Shown here: piece after piece, positions 30,802-42,803 of the stretch
How the letters are laid out: each line of letters begins with the position of its first letter
Numbering within the stretch: position 1 is the stretch's first letter
Assembly: GCA_039680575.1 (NCBI GenBank)
Contig: JBDKSP010000023.1
Span: 1 to 64,000, forward strand
Direction: 5' to 3'
DNA length: 64,000 bases
Source: Armatimonadota bacterium
GTDB lineage: Bacteria; Armatimonadota; UBA5829; DTLH01
The notes under the pieces: generated by a model
The model's database searches: none
Told to the model about the DNA's origin: nothing
What the model saw: only the letters and a program-made list of their open reading frames with translations
Position numbers and translations under genes: made by a program

Positions 30802-31011
30802 GAACACTTACCGAAGAAGCGCGTTCTGGAGTCCCATTTTTCTCTTTACTGACCGTAATTAAGGTTCTGGAAGGACAATCTATCTCCCGGCTTGAACACT
30901 AAAATTGGTCATTGTTTATACTGCTGGAAAAGAAGTGAGTATGAAAGGAATTATTGTGGTTTTTGCCGTTTGCTTCTTCTCATGGCGCTTACGGCGTTTG
31001 GTAAAGTTAGC

Positions 31012-33096
31012 ATGAAAGAGAATACGACAGTTGTTGCTCCAGGTGTGTGGCGGATACGACTCGGCACGCCTGAAGATCTTACACCTCTAGAGTTCCAGGC
31101 TCGCCCTATGGACGAAAAGAGCTTTTGTACCCTTCCAGAGTGTACTGATATCCCTTTAGGTCTGTCCGAGATTGTGTTCAATACTACTTCTCGTGGCTGC
31201 TCCGTTGAGTTGCCTATGCAGGTAGGAGAGCTCATATACGGTTTAGGGCTGAGCACCAGAGTTTTCGATAAGACCGACAGACGGTCATTCCTGCGCCCTA
31301 CGGACAGCCCGGAAAATGAGCTGAACGACTCCCATGCGCCGGTCCCTTTCTATGTTTCCACTAAGGGATACGGCGTTTATGTCGATACAGCGAGGTATGC
31401 GTCGTTCTATGCGGGCAATGTCGCACCGGCGCGGAAGAAGGGTATATCCGGCGGGGCAAGAGCGGAGTCCACGGATGTCAACGATCTTTACAAGTCCCAG
31501 ACGCTGAATGTAAAAACGATGCTCGTGGATATTCCGGCGGCTCAGGGTGTGGATATTTACATATTCGCCGGGCCCGACATGCTGAACGCGGTGCGCCGGT
31601 ATAATCTTTTCGCCGGAGGCGGCGCCGTCCCGCCGCTCTGGGGACTTGGGATGGCTTACCGCGGTTACTCATACTTCAACGCTGAAGAGTCTTATGAGCT
31701 TGCGAAGTCTTTCCGTGAGCAGCACATTCCGTGTGACGTCTGGGGACTGGAACCGGGGTGGGAGACCGCCGCTTATTCATCATCCTTCGTATGGAACCTG
31801 GAACGGTTCCCGGACCCTGACGGATTCATCGACAAAATGCACGGAATGGGCTACCGCATGAATATCTGGCAGCACGCCTTCACACATGCCACATCGCCCA
31901 TTTATGAAGCGCTGAAGCCCTGGTCCGGCAGCTACCTCGTATGGGACGGGCTCGTCCCCGATTTTGCGACTAAAGAGTGCCGTAAAATATTCCAAAAACA
32001 GCAGGACAAGACACTTTTCGATAAAGGGGTAGATGCTGTCAAACTCGACGAGTGCGATTACCAGCCGTCTTCACCCACTCCTTGGTCATTTCCCGATGTC
32101 TCGGAGTTTCCGTCAGGGCTGGACGGCGAGCAGATGCACTCGCTCTTCGGGCTGCTCTATCAAGAAACGATGTGGGAGCCTGTAAAGAAGCGAAACCTGC
32201 GGACATGGGGGCTCGTAAGGAACTCTCACGCGCTTGCTTCATCCCTTCCGTATGTCATATACTCGGACAGCTACGATGACCGATGTTACGTGCGAGGAAT
32301 GGTCAACCAGGGGTTTTCAGGACTCCTCTGGACCCCGGAAGTGAGAGATATGAAGAGTGTCGAGGAGCTCTACAGGCGTGTTCAGGTGGTCATTTTCTCT
32401 GCGGATGCCCTGGTCAACCCCTGGTATATGATGCTCCCACCGTGGCTTCAGATCGATAAAGACGCAAGCAACCGCAAAGAAGTCATGCCGAACCATGCGG
32501 AGGTAACAGAGGTAATTAAGAGGCTTTTCGAGCTCAGAATGAGCCTGATTCCTTACTGCTATTCGGCTTTCAACGAGTACAGGCAGAATGGGACGCCGCC
32601 GATCCGCGCACTCGTGATGGACTGGCCGGACGATCCCGCAACATACGGTGTGGACGACCAATTTATGGCAGGACAGTCGCTCATGGTTGCGCCTATCTTC
32701 ACAGGCGAGAAAAAACGCTCCGTATATCTGCCGCAGGGAGACTGGTACGACTTCTGGACAGGCGAAATGTTCACAGGCGGAAAAGTGATCGAGGTTTCCA
32801 AGCCGCTGGATCAAATACCTGTCTATATAAAAGACAACAGCCTGCTCCCGCTGGCAAAACCCGTCGAACATGTCGCCGAGGACACATGTTTCGAGCTCGC
32901 AGTCCGCGTATACGGGGCTAATCCGGCGCCGTTTGCGCTCTATGAGGACGACGGCGTAACGCTGGACTTCGAGAAGGGCATACAGAACCGTATAGAGCTC
33001 AAGTGGAACGGGACTGAAGGGTCTGTAAGCAAAACCGGCGGATATAAAGGCATGGATAGATATAAAGTCCTGAATTGGGAGAAGAAAGGGCTGTAA
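31012..33096 (+). CDS. GH31 glycoside hydrolase (alpha-xylosidase-like); signal peptide appears frameshifted
   Basis: SHAPVPFYVS, PPLWGLG, ERFPDP, KLDECD, DQFMAG..LMVAP, YEDDG; an upstream ATG at 30941 is out of frame. Confidence 0.85.
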   Translation: MKENTTVVAPGVWRIRLGTPEDLTPLEFQARPMDEKSFCTLPECTDIPLGLSEIVFNTTSRGCSVELPMQVGELIYGLGLSTRVFDKTDRRSFLRPTDSPENELNDSHAPVPFYVSTKGYGVYVDTARYASFYAGNVAPARKKGISGGARAESTDVNDLYKSQTLNVKTMLVDIPAAQGVDIYIFAGPDMLNAVRRYNLFAGGGAVPPLWGLGMAYRGYSYFNAEESYELAKSFREQHIPCDVWGLEPGWETAAYSSSFVWNLERFPDPDGFIDKMHGMGYRMNIWQHAFTHATSPIYEALKPWSGSYLVWDGLVPDFATKECRKIFQKQQDKTLFDKGVDAVKLDECDYQPSSPTPWSFPDVSEFPSGLDGEQMHSLFGLLYQETMWEPVKKRNLRTWGLVRNSHALASSLPYVIYSDSYDDRCYVRGMVNQGFSGLLWTPEVRDMKSVEELYRRVQVVIFSADALVNPWYMMLPPWLQIDKDASNRKEVMPNHAEVTEVIKRLFELRMSLIPYCYSAFNEYRQNGTPPIRALVMDWPDDPATYGVDDQFMAGQSLMVAPIFTGEKKRSVYLPQGDWYDFWTGEMFTGGKVIEVSKPLDQIPVYIKDNSLLPLAKPVEHVAEDTCFELAVRVYGANPAPFALYEDDGVTLDFEKGIQNRIELKWNGTEGSVSKTGGYKGMDRYKVLNWEKKGL

Positions 33097-33105
33097 GAAG
33101 TAAAT

Positions 33106-33711
33106 ATGAAAGCATCGTTTATCGAAAAACTGCAGCAAGGACAGGCGCAGACTATCGTTACTTACGGCACAAGCCTTACATGCGGCGCGTGGGTCCAGCA
33201 GTTCGCGGATGCTTTGGAGTCAATAAATCCCGGCGCTGCACACGTTATCAACAGCGGGATGGGTGCCATGCATTCGGATTGGGGAGCAGACAATTTCCAG
33301 AACAGGGTGCTCGCACATAATCCCGATGTGATATTCATCGAATTCTCTATAAACGATGCTTTTGTACCTTACCGCATAAGCGTCGATAAGTGCCGCAGAA
33401 ACCTCGAGCGGATGCTGGACACGCTGGCGAAAGAGTTCCCGGAGTGTGAAGCCATACTGATGACGATGAACATTCCTCTCTTCGAACATTTCGAGCAGCG
33501 GCCTCGGTTCGAAGAGTATTACGAAGTCTATCGCAAGGTTGCGCGCGAAAGATCGTTTCGGTTGATAGACCACTTAACCGTCTGGACGGAGATACTCCGC
33601 AATTACCCTGAAAATTACTATCTTTACGTGCCTGACGGCATTCATCCAAACGCGCTGGGATCGGCAAGGGTTACGACTCCTGGCATTATTGCAAATGTCA
33701 TGGGCGAATGA
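33106..33711 (+). CDS. SGNH/GDSL hydrolase
   Basis: GTSLT, INSGMG, EFSIND, DGIHPN. Confidence 0.88.
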   Translation: MKASFIEKLQQGQAQTIVTYGTSLTCGAWVQQFADALESINPGAAHVINSGMGAMHSDWGADNFQNRVLAHNPDVIFIEFSINDAFVPYRISVDKCRRNLERMLDTLAKEFPECEAILMTMNIPLFEHFEQRPRFEEYYEVYRKVARERSFRLIDHLTVWTEILRNYPENYYLYVPDGIHPNALGSARVTTPGIIANVMGE

Positions 33712-33726
33712 CCGTAAAGCCGGACT

Positions 33727-33753
33727 GGATGCTGAATCAAGTTCAGCATGACG
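33727..33753. repeat. REP-like palindrome GGATGCTGAATCAAGTTCAGCATGAC
   Basis: Reverse complement of 19541-19567; related copies near 30737 and 46478. Confidence 0.8.
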
Positions 33754-33779
33754 TTCAGTGCAGCTCTGAGCTCTTAAGA

Positions 33780-33808
33780 TTGACACTCTACTAGCTGGCG
33801 CCTATAAT
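33780..33808 (+). promoter_or_regulatory. Consensus sigma70 promoter
   Basis: TTGACA-17 nt-TATAAT. Confidence 0.85.
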
Positions 33809-33863
33809 CCCAAATAGATGGGCTTTATGGCTCCAGCTTATTTTCAGTGAAAGGAAGATTACC

Positions 33864-34403
33864 GTGGTTAGAAATATCAGATTGTTTTTAGCTGTTTTAC
33901 TTATCGCAGGCTTGGCTTCGGCAGCAATTGCACAGTATGAAGATGATAAACCGAGCAAGATCGGTATCGGGCTTATCAACTTCCTGCCGATGGATAGCGA
34001 CCTGAAAGACCTCAGATCGATGTGGATGGGTCCTGTGATAGACTGGCACCTGAGCTTCGACGAGGAAGGCAGACCGGACCGGCTCGTATCGCTTGGATTT
34101 ATCGACAGCGGAGAAAAGTACATAAAGGCATCTGAAGAGTTTGCCACCTATACCAAGATCAACCGCACACCGATCTCCGAGAACAGATCGCGCTACATTG
34201 GTTACGGCGGAGGTATTCACCGCCTCAAGCTGCGCACATATGGATATGACGACGGGACTTTCAAACCAAGTGTCCATGCGCTCTACGGGCAGGAGTTCAA
34301 CGATATATATTTCGCGGAAATCCGCGTCGATCTGCTCCCCAAATGGAAGGACGCGGACTGGGGCGGCATATCTTTGAACATCGGGACCAGAATTTCTCTG
34401 TAG
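33864..34403 (+). CDS. Secreted, probable small outer-membrane beta-barrel protein
   Basis: Signal peptide; alternating beta strands, C-terminal GGISLNIGTRISL. Confidence 0.6.
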   Translation: MVRNIRLFLAVLLIAGLASAAIAQYEDDKPSKIGIGLINFLPMDSDLKDLRSMWMGPVIDWHLSFDEEGRPDRLVSLGFIDSGEKYIKASEEFATYTKINRTPISENRSRYIGYGGGIHRLKLRTYGYDDGTFKPSVHALYGQEFNDIYFAEIRVDLLPKWKDADWGGISLNIGTRISL

Positions 34404-34501
34404 CAGCTTTACCGTTGTATCGGAAAACCCTTTTCCGATACTGACCTAACGTCCATAAGCAGGTTTCGAGGTAATGGTACCCCGAAACAACGAGGGTGAA
34501 T

Positions 34502-36616
34502 ATGCCGATTTCGCAAATTACCGATCCGAAGCAGTCCCTGGAACGAACGATCTTTCAGACAGCTTCGCCGTATGACGATAGAATCGACCTCAAATCCGAT
34601 GTGGTGATGGTCTACGGCATAGACCCCGGACTGCCGGAGCGTATCAAAACCTGGCGGGAACAGGGTTATCGAATCCATGTCATGACCGGGGCATCCTGGG
34701 GCAATTATGGCGACTTTGTATCGGGTGAATGGGACGGTCAAAACCATGAGGACGCCGCTCAGACTGATAAAAACGGCGATAAGATTATGCACAACCCCGG
34801 CTCACCGTATATGTGCCCTACGGAGACCTACGGCAAGTATCTCTGTGTGGGGGTAAAACGGGCTATAGACGCCGGAGCCGAAGCTATACATATGGAAGAG
34901 CCGGAGTTCTGGGTGAGGGGAGGCTATTCTGAGGCGTTCAAGCGCGAGTGGAAGGCCTACTACGGTGACGAATGGATCGCGCCTCACACTTCGCCTGATG
35001 CGCAATACCGGGCGTCGAAATTGAAATATTACCTCTACCGGCGCGCTCTTTCGGACGTCTTCGAGTTCATCCGCAGCTACAGCAAGGAAATAGGGCGGGA
35101 TGTCAAATGCTATGTCCCGACCCACTCGATAATCAACTATGCTCAGTGGAGGATAGTCAGCCCCGAAGCAAGCCTCGTCCAGATCCCCGGATGCGACGGT
35201 TACATCGGCCAGGTGTGGACGGGAACATCCCGCACGAAAAACAGGTACGGCGGAGTGGAGAAGGAACGCACCTTCGAGATGGCGTTCTTCGAGTACGGCG
35301 TCCTTCACAACCTGGTCCGGTCTACCGGCAAGAGGATGTGGTATCTGAACGACCCGATAGAGGACGATCCCAACCGCTGCTGGGCGGATTATAAGCGGAA
35401 CTGGGAGTCCACCCTCGTGGCGTCCCTCCTCTGGCCGGATGTCTGCCGGTTCGAGGTCATGCCATGGCCTGCGCGCGTGTTTACCCACCCGTATCCTGTC
35501 AAAGAGGAACAGGAGCGCAAGCCCGGGGAGGATGTCGAACGCGAGTTTATCCCGGCCGGATACGCGACCGAGGTCATCAACGTAGCAAACGAGCTGAATA
35601 ACATGGACCAGGAAGAAATCACCTGGGACTGCGGGACCAGAGGATTAGGTGTGCTGGTATCCGATACGATGATGTTCCAGCGTGGAGAGCCGCGCTTTGG
35701 AGACGGATGCCTTGGATCGTTTTTCGGGCTCGCAATGCCGCTTATCAAGCATGGCGCGCCTGTCGAGCCGGTACAGCTCGAAAACGCGGTTATTTCGGAC
35801 TACCTGAAGCCGTACAAGGTGCTCTTCCTTACCTGCGAAGGGATGAAACCGCCCATTCCCGAACTGCACGATGCGCTTGCTGGCTGGGTCAAGTCGGGCG
35901 GCGTGCTGGTCTTCGTCGACGACGATAAAGACCCGTATAACGGTGTAAAGGAATGGTGGAACACTTCTCCGTTCAAATATACGGCTCCACGGCAGCACCT
36001 GTTCGAAAAGCTCGGTGTGTCTGAAGAAGGGACGCATCAGGTCGGCAAGGGTTATGTCATATACGCCGCAGTCAGCCCGGATTCCCTTTCCCGAAGCAAA
36101 GAGGGCAAAGAGAAGACTCTGGAACTTGCGAAGAGCGCATGCAGCCTCTCCGGCCTGGAATGGCGCGAAAGGGCATACATGCTGCTTCGGCGGGGGCCTT
36201 ATGTCATCGGAGCAGCGTTGGATGAGACAGATGGACTGCCTCAGCGCAAGCTCAATGGGTCGTTTATGAACCTGTTCAGCCCGAGCCTTGAGATTCTCGA
36301 CTCGGTTTCGATGGTACCGGGTTCGAGATGGTTCCTTCTGGACATGGACAAAGTGGACCGGACGAAACCCAAAGTGTTGGCCTCTGCCTCGAAGGTGCTC
36401 GACGTGAACATCGGGCAGGAGAGCATTGATTTCCATTCAGAGGGGCCTGCCGGAGTAGTCTGCGCGGCCAGAATAGCCATTCCGAGGCCGCCGAAAGATG
36501 CGCTGGTCGATGGCGAGGCTAAGAATGTGAGCGCGAAGTGGGACGAAGGCTCGAAAACGCTCCTCCTTACCTACGATAACTCGCCAAAGGGGCGCAGGGT
36601 GAAGGTTTCTTTTTGA
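34502..36616 (+). CDS. Uncharacterised glycoside hydrolase-like protein (TIM barrel plus glutamine-amidotransferase-like trimerisation domain)
   Basis: HMEEPEFW, GYSEAFKREW, YKVLFL..EGMKP...WVKSGGVLVF resemble GH42-like architecture. Confidence 0.55.
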   Translation: MPISQITDPKQSLERTIFQTASPYDDRIDLKSDVVMVYGIDPGLPERIKTWREQGYRIHVMTGASWGNYGDFVSGEWDGQNHEDAAQTDKNGDKIMHNPGSPYMCPTETYGKYLCVGVKRAIDAGAEAIHMEEPEFWVRGGYSEAFKREWKAYYGDEWIAPHTSPDAQYRASKLKYYLYRRALSDVFEFIRSYSKEIGRDVKCYVPTHSIINYAQWRIVSPEASLVQIPGCDGYIGQVWTGTSRTKNRYGGVEKERTFEMAFFEYGVLHNLVRSTGKRMWYLNDPIEDDPNRCWADYKRNWESTLVASLLWPDVCRFEVMPWPARVFTHPYPVKEEQERKPGEDVEREFIPAGYATEVINVANELNNMDQEEITWDCGTRGLGVLVSDTMMFQRGEPRFGDGCLGSFFGLAMPLIKHGAPVEPVQLENAVISDYLKPYKVLFLTCEGMKPPIPELHDALAGWVKSGGVLVFVDDDKDPYNGVKEWWNTSPFKYTAPRQHLFEKLGVSEEGTHQVGKGYVIYAAVSPDSLSRSKEGKEKTLELAKSACSLSGLEWRERAYMLLRRGPYVIGAALDETDGLPQRKLNGSFMNLFSPSLEILDSVSMVPGSRWFLLDMDKVDRTKPKVLASASKVLDVNIGQESIDFHSEGPAGVVCAARIAIPRPPKDALVDGEAKNVSAKWDEGSKTLLLTYDNSPKGRRVKVSF

Positions 36617-36733
36617 ACCGCGGAGACGCGGAATAAAGGGAAACGCGGAAGGTAGAGATTTACAGCATTTATTCTTATGCTTTTATGCTTCTGGACCGCA
36701 GTTCATCCCGAAGCACGGCATCCACCAATCCCC
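36613..36733. repeat. CGCGGA-repeat plus family B palindromic module
   Basis: Reverse complement closely matches 19585-19683. Confidence 0.8.
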
Positions 36734-36773
36734 TTTCGCGCACTTCGCGATTCAGATCGCTGACAGCTAAGGC

Positions 36774-37658
36774 TCAGTTTTTATAAGTGATTGTTTGCCA
36801 GTTGATCTGAACATCTTCCTTTTTCTGCTTGCCCTTGGTATTACTGACCTCGAATACTTTCTTTTCTATCCAGTTGCAGTATTTATCATACTTGTAGGCT
36901 GTGATCGTATGGCCGATGAGTTTACTGCCGTAATACACCTTCGATTCCACCGGATTGGCGTTATCATCGTATGTCATTATTGCTGTCGTAACTTTGCCGG
37001 TAGTCTTCGATATTACTGTGCAACAGGTTATTTTGCCTTTGGAGTTATACTTATAGGCGAGATTCGTACTGCCAGTGGTTTTACCGTTAAAGCGGGCAAT
37101 GTTCTCTATCGGCAGATTGCGGTCATTCAGGTAGGTAAGGGTTTCAGCGCAGTCTGTATTCGGCTTAGGCTTACGGTGGAGTAATTGTTTTATCTTATCA
37201 AGCCAATTCTGCGATACAAGTTTACCATTGCCGTCGGAACTAATAGAGGTTCTTTCGGTGATCAGGCGTTTTGCCGGGTCGTATGTTATCTCTGTGCGTA
37301 CCGGTATATTCTGCCAGGACATGTAAGAGATCTCTTCGGTGAGTTCTCCCCTGCTATTATAGTTGTAGACATCGGTTGATTTACTCTGGTATTTACTGGC
37401 TGGTTTTACACTCTTCAATATTCTACCGTTTCCATCGTAAGTTAAGATAGCACTTTGATCCATCCATCCGAAATCTCTCTTTGTACTACCATCCACCCGA
37501 ACCTCTATAACATGCCCACGGATATCTGGTTCTCGAGCCGTCGCTTGAATAGCCAGCGGTATTCCATGGACCGTATTCTGCTTGCTGAAATACACGAGTA
37601 GCCCGCCAAGTATCAATATGACAATCAGCGGGATGAGGAATATCTTTGTTCTTTTCAC
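36774..37658 (-). CDS. Membrane-anchored protein with YD/RHS-like repeats
   Basis: N-terminal TM; repeated TYDGNGR, YNSRGEL, YNSKGKI, TYDDNAN, YDKYCNW. Confidence 0.65.
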   Translation of the reverse strand: MKRTKIFLIPLIVILILGGLLVYFSKQNTVHGIPLAIQATAREPDIRGHVIEVRVDGSTKRDFGWMDQSAILTYDGNGRILKSVKPASKYQSKSTDVYNYNSRGELTEEISYMSWQNIPVRTEITYDPAKRLITERTSISSDGNGKLVSQNWLDKIKQLLHRKPKPNTDCAETLTYLNDRNLPIENIARFNGKTTGSTNLAYKYNSKGKITCCTVISKTTGKVTTAIMTYDDNANPVESKVYYGSKLIGHTITAYKYDKYCNWIEKKVFEVSNTKGKQKKEDVQINWQTITYKN

Positions 37659-37763
37659 AGATTGGCCTCCGGCAGAATCAGAAATAGATTGCTCTGAGTA
37701 TATGCACGCAAGCTCGATTAGTCAAGAATTTCCTGTTTTTCGAACACTGAACCTCAAATTTTC

Positions 37764-37792
37764 TTGACACGGCTCAGCCGGGATGGTATAAT
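37764..37792 (+). promoter_or_regulatory. Consensus sigma70 promoter of the pyr operon
   Basis: TTGACA-17 nt-TATAAT. Confidence 0.88.
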
Positions 37793-37807
37793 GCCCAAAA
37801 TAAAGAT

Positions 37808-39429
<1,622 letters not shown>

Positions 39430-39446
<17 letters not shown>

Positions 39447-40755
39447 AGGCGGAAGGGTAATTGACCCGTCGCAAGGTATTGATGATATCGCCGACGTGCT
39501 GGTCCGTGACGGTGTTATCGCCGGGACAGGCAAGATCGAGCTCGAGTCGATGGACGGCGCTCCTGGAGAAGTCTACGATGTGACCGGCAAAGTTGTTGCG
39601 CCGGGGCTTATCGACATGCACGTCCACCTGAGAGAACCGGGCGATGAGCATAAAGAGACCATAGCGACAGGCGCTGCCGCTGCCGCCGCCGGAGGGTTCA
39701 CGACGATTGTCGCTATGCCGAACACGCATCCGGCCCCCGACAGCCGCGCCGTAGTCGACCTGATTACAACAGAAGGCAAGAAAACACGCGTGAACGTCCT
39801 CTGCTGCGGAGCATTGACGAAGAACATGGCCGGTGAAGAGATGGCCGAGCTTGGCGAGATCGTCGAGGCCGGAGCGGTCGCCGCATCGGACGACGGATTC
39901 CCGATCCAGAACTCGCTCGTTATGCGCCGGGTAATGGAGTATGCAGGGATGCTAAATATCCCCGTGCTTGTCCACTGCGAGGACAAGGCTCTTACAGCAG
40001 GCGCGGTCATGAACGAGGGGATAGTCTCCACGGTCGTCGGGCTGAGAGGTATGCCCGCTGCCGCCGAAGTCAGTATGATCGAGCGGAACATCCTACTTGC
40101 CGAGCTTGCGGGCTGCCGGCTGCACATACAGCATGTTTCCTGTGCCGCTTCGGTCGATGTCATCCGGCTTGCGAAGGCTCGCGGCGTGAAAGTGACATGT
40201 GAGACCTGTCCTCAGTATTTCACGCTGACTGACGAAGTCTTGGCCGATTACGATACCAACACGAAGATGAACCCGCCGCTTCGCACCGCCGCCGATGTAG
40301 AGGCTATCAAGGCAGGGCTTGCCGACGGGACAATCGATGTGATCGCAACCGACCACGCGCCGCACTCTCTCGAGGATAAAGAGGTCGAGATGACCGTAGC
40401 CGCGTTTGGAATAGTCGGGCTTGAGACTGCGCTGCCGCTTGTCGTGACTAAGCTGGTGGATGACGGGGTTATGAGCCTCTCGGACGCCATCGAAAAGCTG
40501 ACGGCAAGACCGGCTGAAGTGCTCGGAATCAACCGCGGCACGTTAGACATCGGCGCGCCAGCCGACATAGTGGTTTTCGATCCTGAAGAAGAGATTACAG
40601 TCCAGGCATCGAAGTTCAAATCTATGGGACGAAATACTCCCTTCGACGGCTGGAAGCTGAAAGGCGCTGTAATCGCAACAATCGCAGGCGGGAAAGTAGC
40701 GTACGGGAAACTGGGGACAGAGAGCAAAGAGCAGGTAATACTTGAGCACGCTTGA
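39430..40755 (+). CDS. pyrC: Dihydroorotase
   Basis: [28 protein letters not shown]. Confidence 0.95.
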
Positions 40756-40963
40756 GATACTGCTGATAGTTGTACTGGGCATGATCCTTCTTACGTGGAT
40801 TGTGATCTTGGTTACCGCATGGTTGATGGTGCGGAGGATCAAGGCGACCGTGAGAGGCCTTTTGGATGCGTACCGTGGACTGGCCGATCTCGGTACGCAG
40901 ATCCGTGATCTTGGCAGAGCAGTAAGTGAGTTGAAAAAGGACCGAAACAGGAGGGTCGGATAA
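40742..40963 (+). CDS. Small membrane protein within the pyr operon
   Basis: One TM helix plus an amphipathic helix; overlaps the pyrC stop and ends 1 nt before pyrE. Confidence 0.55.
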   Translation: MSTLEILLIVVLGMILLTWIVILVTAWLMVRRIKATVRGLLDAYRGLADLGTQIRDLGRAVSELKKDRNRRVG

Positions 40964-40964
40964 C

Positions 40965-41561
40965 GTGGACGAGCTTTATACCCAACTTTTTGAAGCCGGA
41001 TGTATCAAATTCGGTGAGTTCAAGCTGAAAAGCGGGATCATGTCCCCGGTTTACGTCGATTTTCGCGTACTGGTGAGCAGCCCGTCGCTCCTTAAGCTGG
41101 TCGGGGAGAAGCTCGCGGCCAAACTGGACGGCCTTGAGTTCGACAGAATCGCTGCCCTGCCTTATGCCGGTATGCCGATAGGTGTCGCGGCGTCGCTTGC
41201 GGCGAATGTCCCGATGATCTACCCTCGAAAAGAGGCCAAAAACTACGGCACGGCGAAGCTGATCGAAGGCAAGTTCGAGCCGGGCGAGAAAGTAGTAGTC
41301 ATAGACGACGTCATAACCGACGGCGGCGCGAAACTCGAAGCCATCAAGCCGATGGAAGAAGCCGGTCTTGTCGTGAAAGACGTTGTAATTATCCTGGACC
41401 GCGAGCAGGGCGGAAAGAAGATACTGGCTGATGCCGGTTACGCTCTTCACTCGGTCATGACGCTGACCGAAGCGCTGGACGCGCTCACAAAACTCGGAAA
41501 AGTAACGGAAGAAGTCCGCCAGGAGACACTGGCGTTTATAAAAGCTAATCAGTTCGTTTGA
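40965..41561 (+). CDS. pyrE: Orotate phosphoribosyltransferase
   Basis: KFGEFKLKSG.MSPVY.D, RKEAKNYG, VIDDVITDG. Confidence 0.93.
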   Translation: MDELYTQLFEAGCIKFGEFKLKSGIMSPVYVDFRVLVSSPSLLKLVGEKLAAKLDGLEFDRIAALPYAGMPIGVAASLAANVPMIYPRKEAKNYGTAKLIEGKFEPGEKVVVIDDVITDGGAKLEAIKPMEEAGLVVKDVVIILDREQGGKKILADAGYALHSVMTLTEALDALTKLGKVTEEVRQETLAFIKANQFV

Positions 41562-41641
41562 TCACGAGAACACGAAATAAGAAACAGAAGCAAACACCGT
41601 AGGTGTCGGAAATCCTAATTCCCTTTTCTTCCTTTCGTGAT
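41561..41641. repeat. CACGAAA...TTTCGTG bounded intergenic element
   Basis: Same ends as 42803-43000 and the partial copy at 17508-17544. Confidence 0.6.
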
Positions 41642-41666
41642 AAAAAGAAATTCCCGGAGGGGATCG

Positions 41667-42803
41667 TTGAAAGCAATACTTACACTCGAAGACGGCACGA
41701 CGTACGAGGGGACATCCATCGGTATTCCCGGAACTACGTTTGGTGAGGCCGTCTTTTCCACATCTATGACCGGCTATCAGGAGATGCTGACCGACCCAAG
41801 CTACGGCGGCCAGCTTTTGACTCTCACATATCCACTTATAGGCAACTACGGAGTGACCGATGCGGACTTCGAGTCCGGGAAAGTCCAGGCTGCCGGGTTT
41901 ATTGTAAAGCAGATGTGCGACGAGCCCTCCAACTGGCGAAGTACGGGGAGCCTCCAGGACTTCCTCGTGAAAAACAACGTGGTAGGAATCCAGGGGATAG
42001 ACACCCGCGCCCTGACCAGGCACTTGAGGGTCCGCGGGGTCATGATGGGCTCGATTTCGACAGAGTACACCGCGGGTGAACTGATCGAGAAGATAAAGGA
42101 GCAGCCGAACTACTCCAAAATCGACTTCGTCCGCAGGGTCACGACTCCAGAGGTCTACGAATGGATGGGAGATGCCGAAGTCGAAGCCAATCGAGGCAAC
42201 GCCCTTCCCGGAAGCCCTATTCCTAGGCCGGACGGCCCGAGGATCGCGCTTGTCGACTGCGGCGTAAAGCGGAATATTATGAGAAACCTCGCTTCGCTCG
42301 GCTGCCGGATCACCGTGTTCCCCTGCTACGCAAAGGCGGAAGAGATTCTGGCGATAGACCCCGCCGGGGTAGTCATTTCTCCCGGCCCTGGCGACCCTGA
42401 AATGCTCGGCTATATGGTAGATGAGGTCAAAAAGCTGATCGGTAAAAAGCCGATTCTGGGCATCTGTCTAGGCCACCAACTCCTGGCATGGGCGTTTGGA
42501 GGCAGGACATTCAAACTGAAGTTTGGTCACAGAGGAGGAAACCATCCGGTCAAAGACCTTATGACCGGACGGGTCTACATAACGAGCCAGAACCATGGTT
42601 ATGCGGTCGATGCCGACTCCCTCACAGGTAAAGGCATAGACGCGACGATGATTAATTTGAACGACGGGACGGTCGAGGGGCTTACGCACAAAGAGCTCCC
42701 AATCTTCTCGATGCAGTACCACCCCGAGGCCTCACCCGGTCCCAGGGACAGTGCGTATAATTTCCGACGATTCTTCGAGGTAGTAAAAGCGGTGGATTTA
42801 TAA
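41667..42803 (+). CDS. carA: Carbamoyl-phosphate synthase small subunit
   Basis: MTGYQE.LTDPSY, GICLGHQ, TSQNHG, QYHPEASPGP; TTG start after GGAGG. Confidence 0.96.
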   Translation: MKAILTLEDGTTYEGTSIGIPGTTFGEAVFSTSMTGYQEMLTDPSYGGQLLTLTYPLIGNYGVTDADFESGKVQAAGFIVKQMCDEPSNWRSTGSLQDFLVKNNVVGIQGIDTRALTRHLRVRGVMMGSISTEYTAGELIEKIKEQPNYSKIDFVRRVTTPEVYEWMGDAEVEANRGNALPGSPIPRPDGPRIALVDCGVKRNIMRNLASLGCRITVFPCYAKAEEILAIDPAGVVISPGPGDPEMLGYMVDEVKKLIGKKPILGICLGHQLLAWAFGGRTFKLKFGHRGGNHPVKDLMTGRVYITSQNHGYAVDADSLTGKGIDATMINLNDGTVEGLTHKELPIFSMQYHPEASPGPRDSAYNFRRFFEVVKAVDL

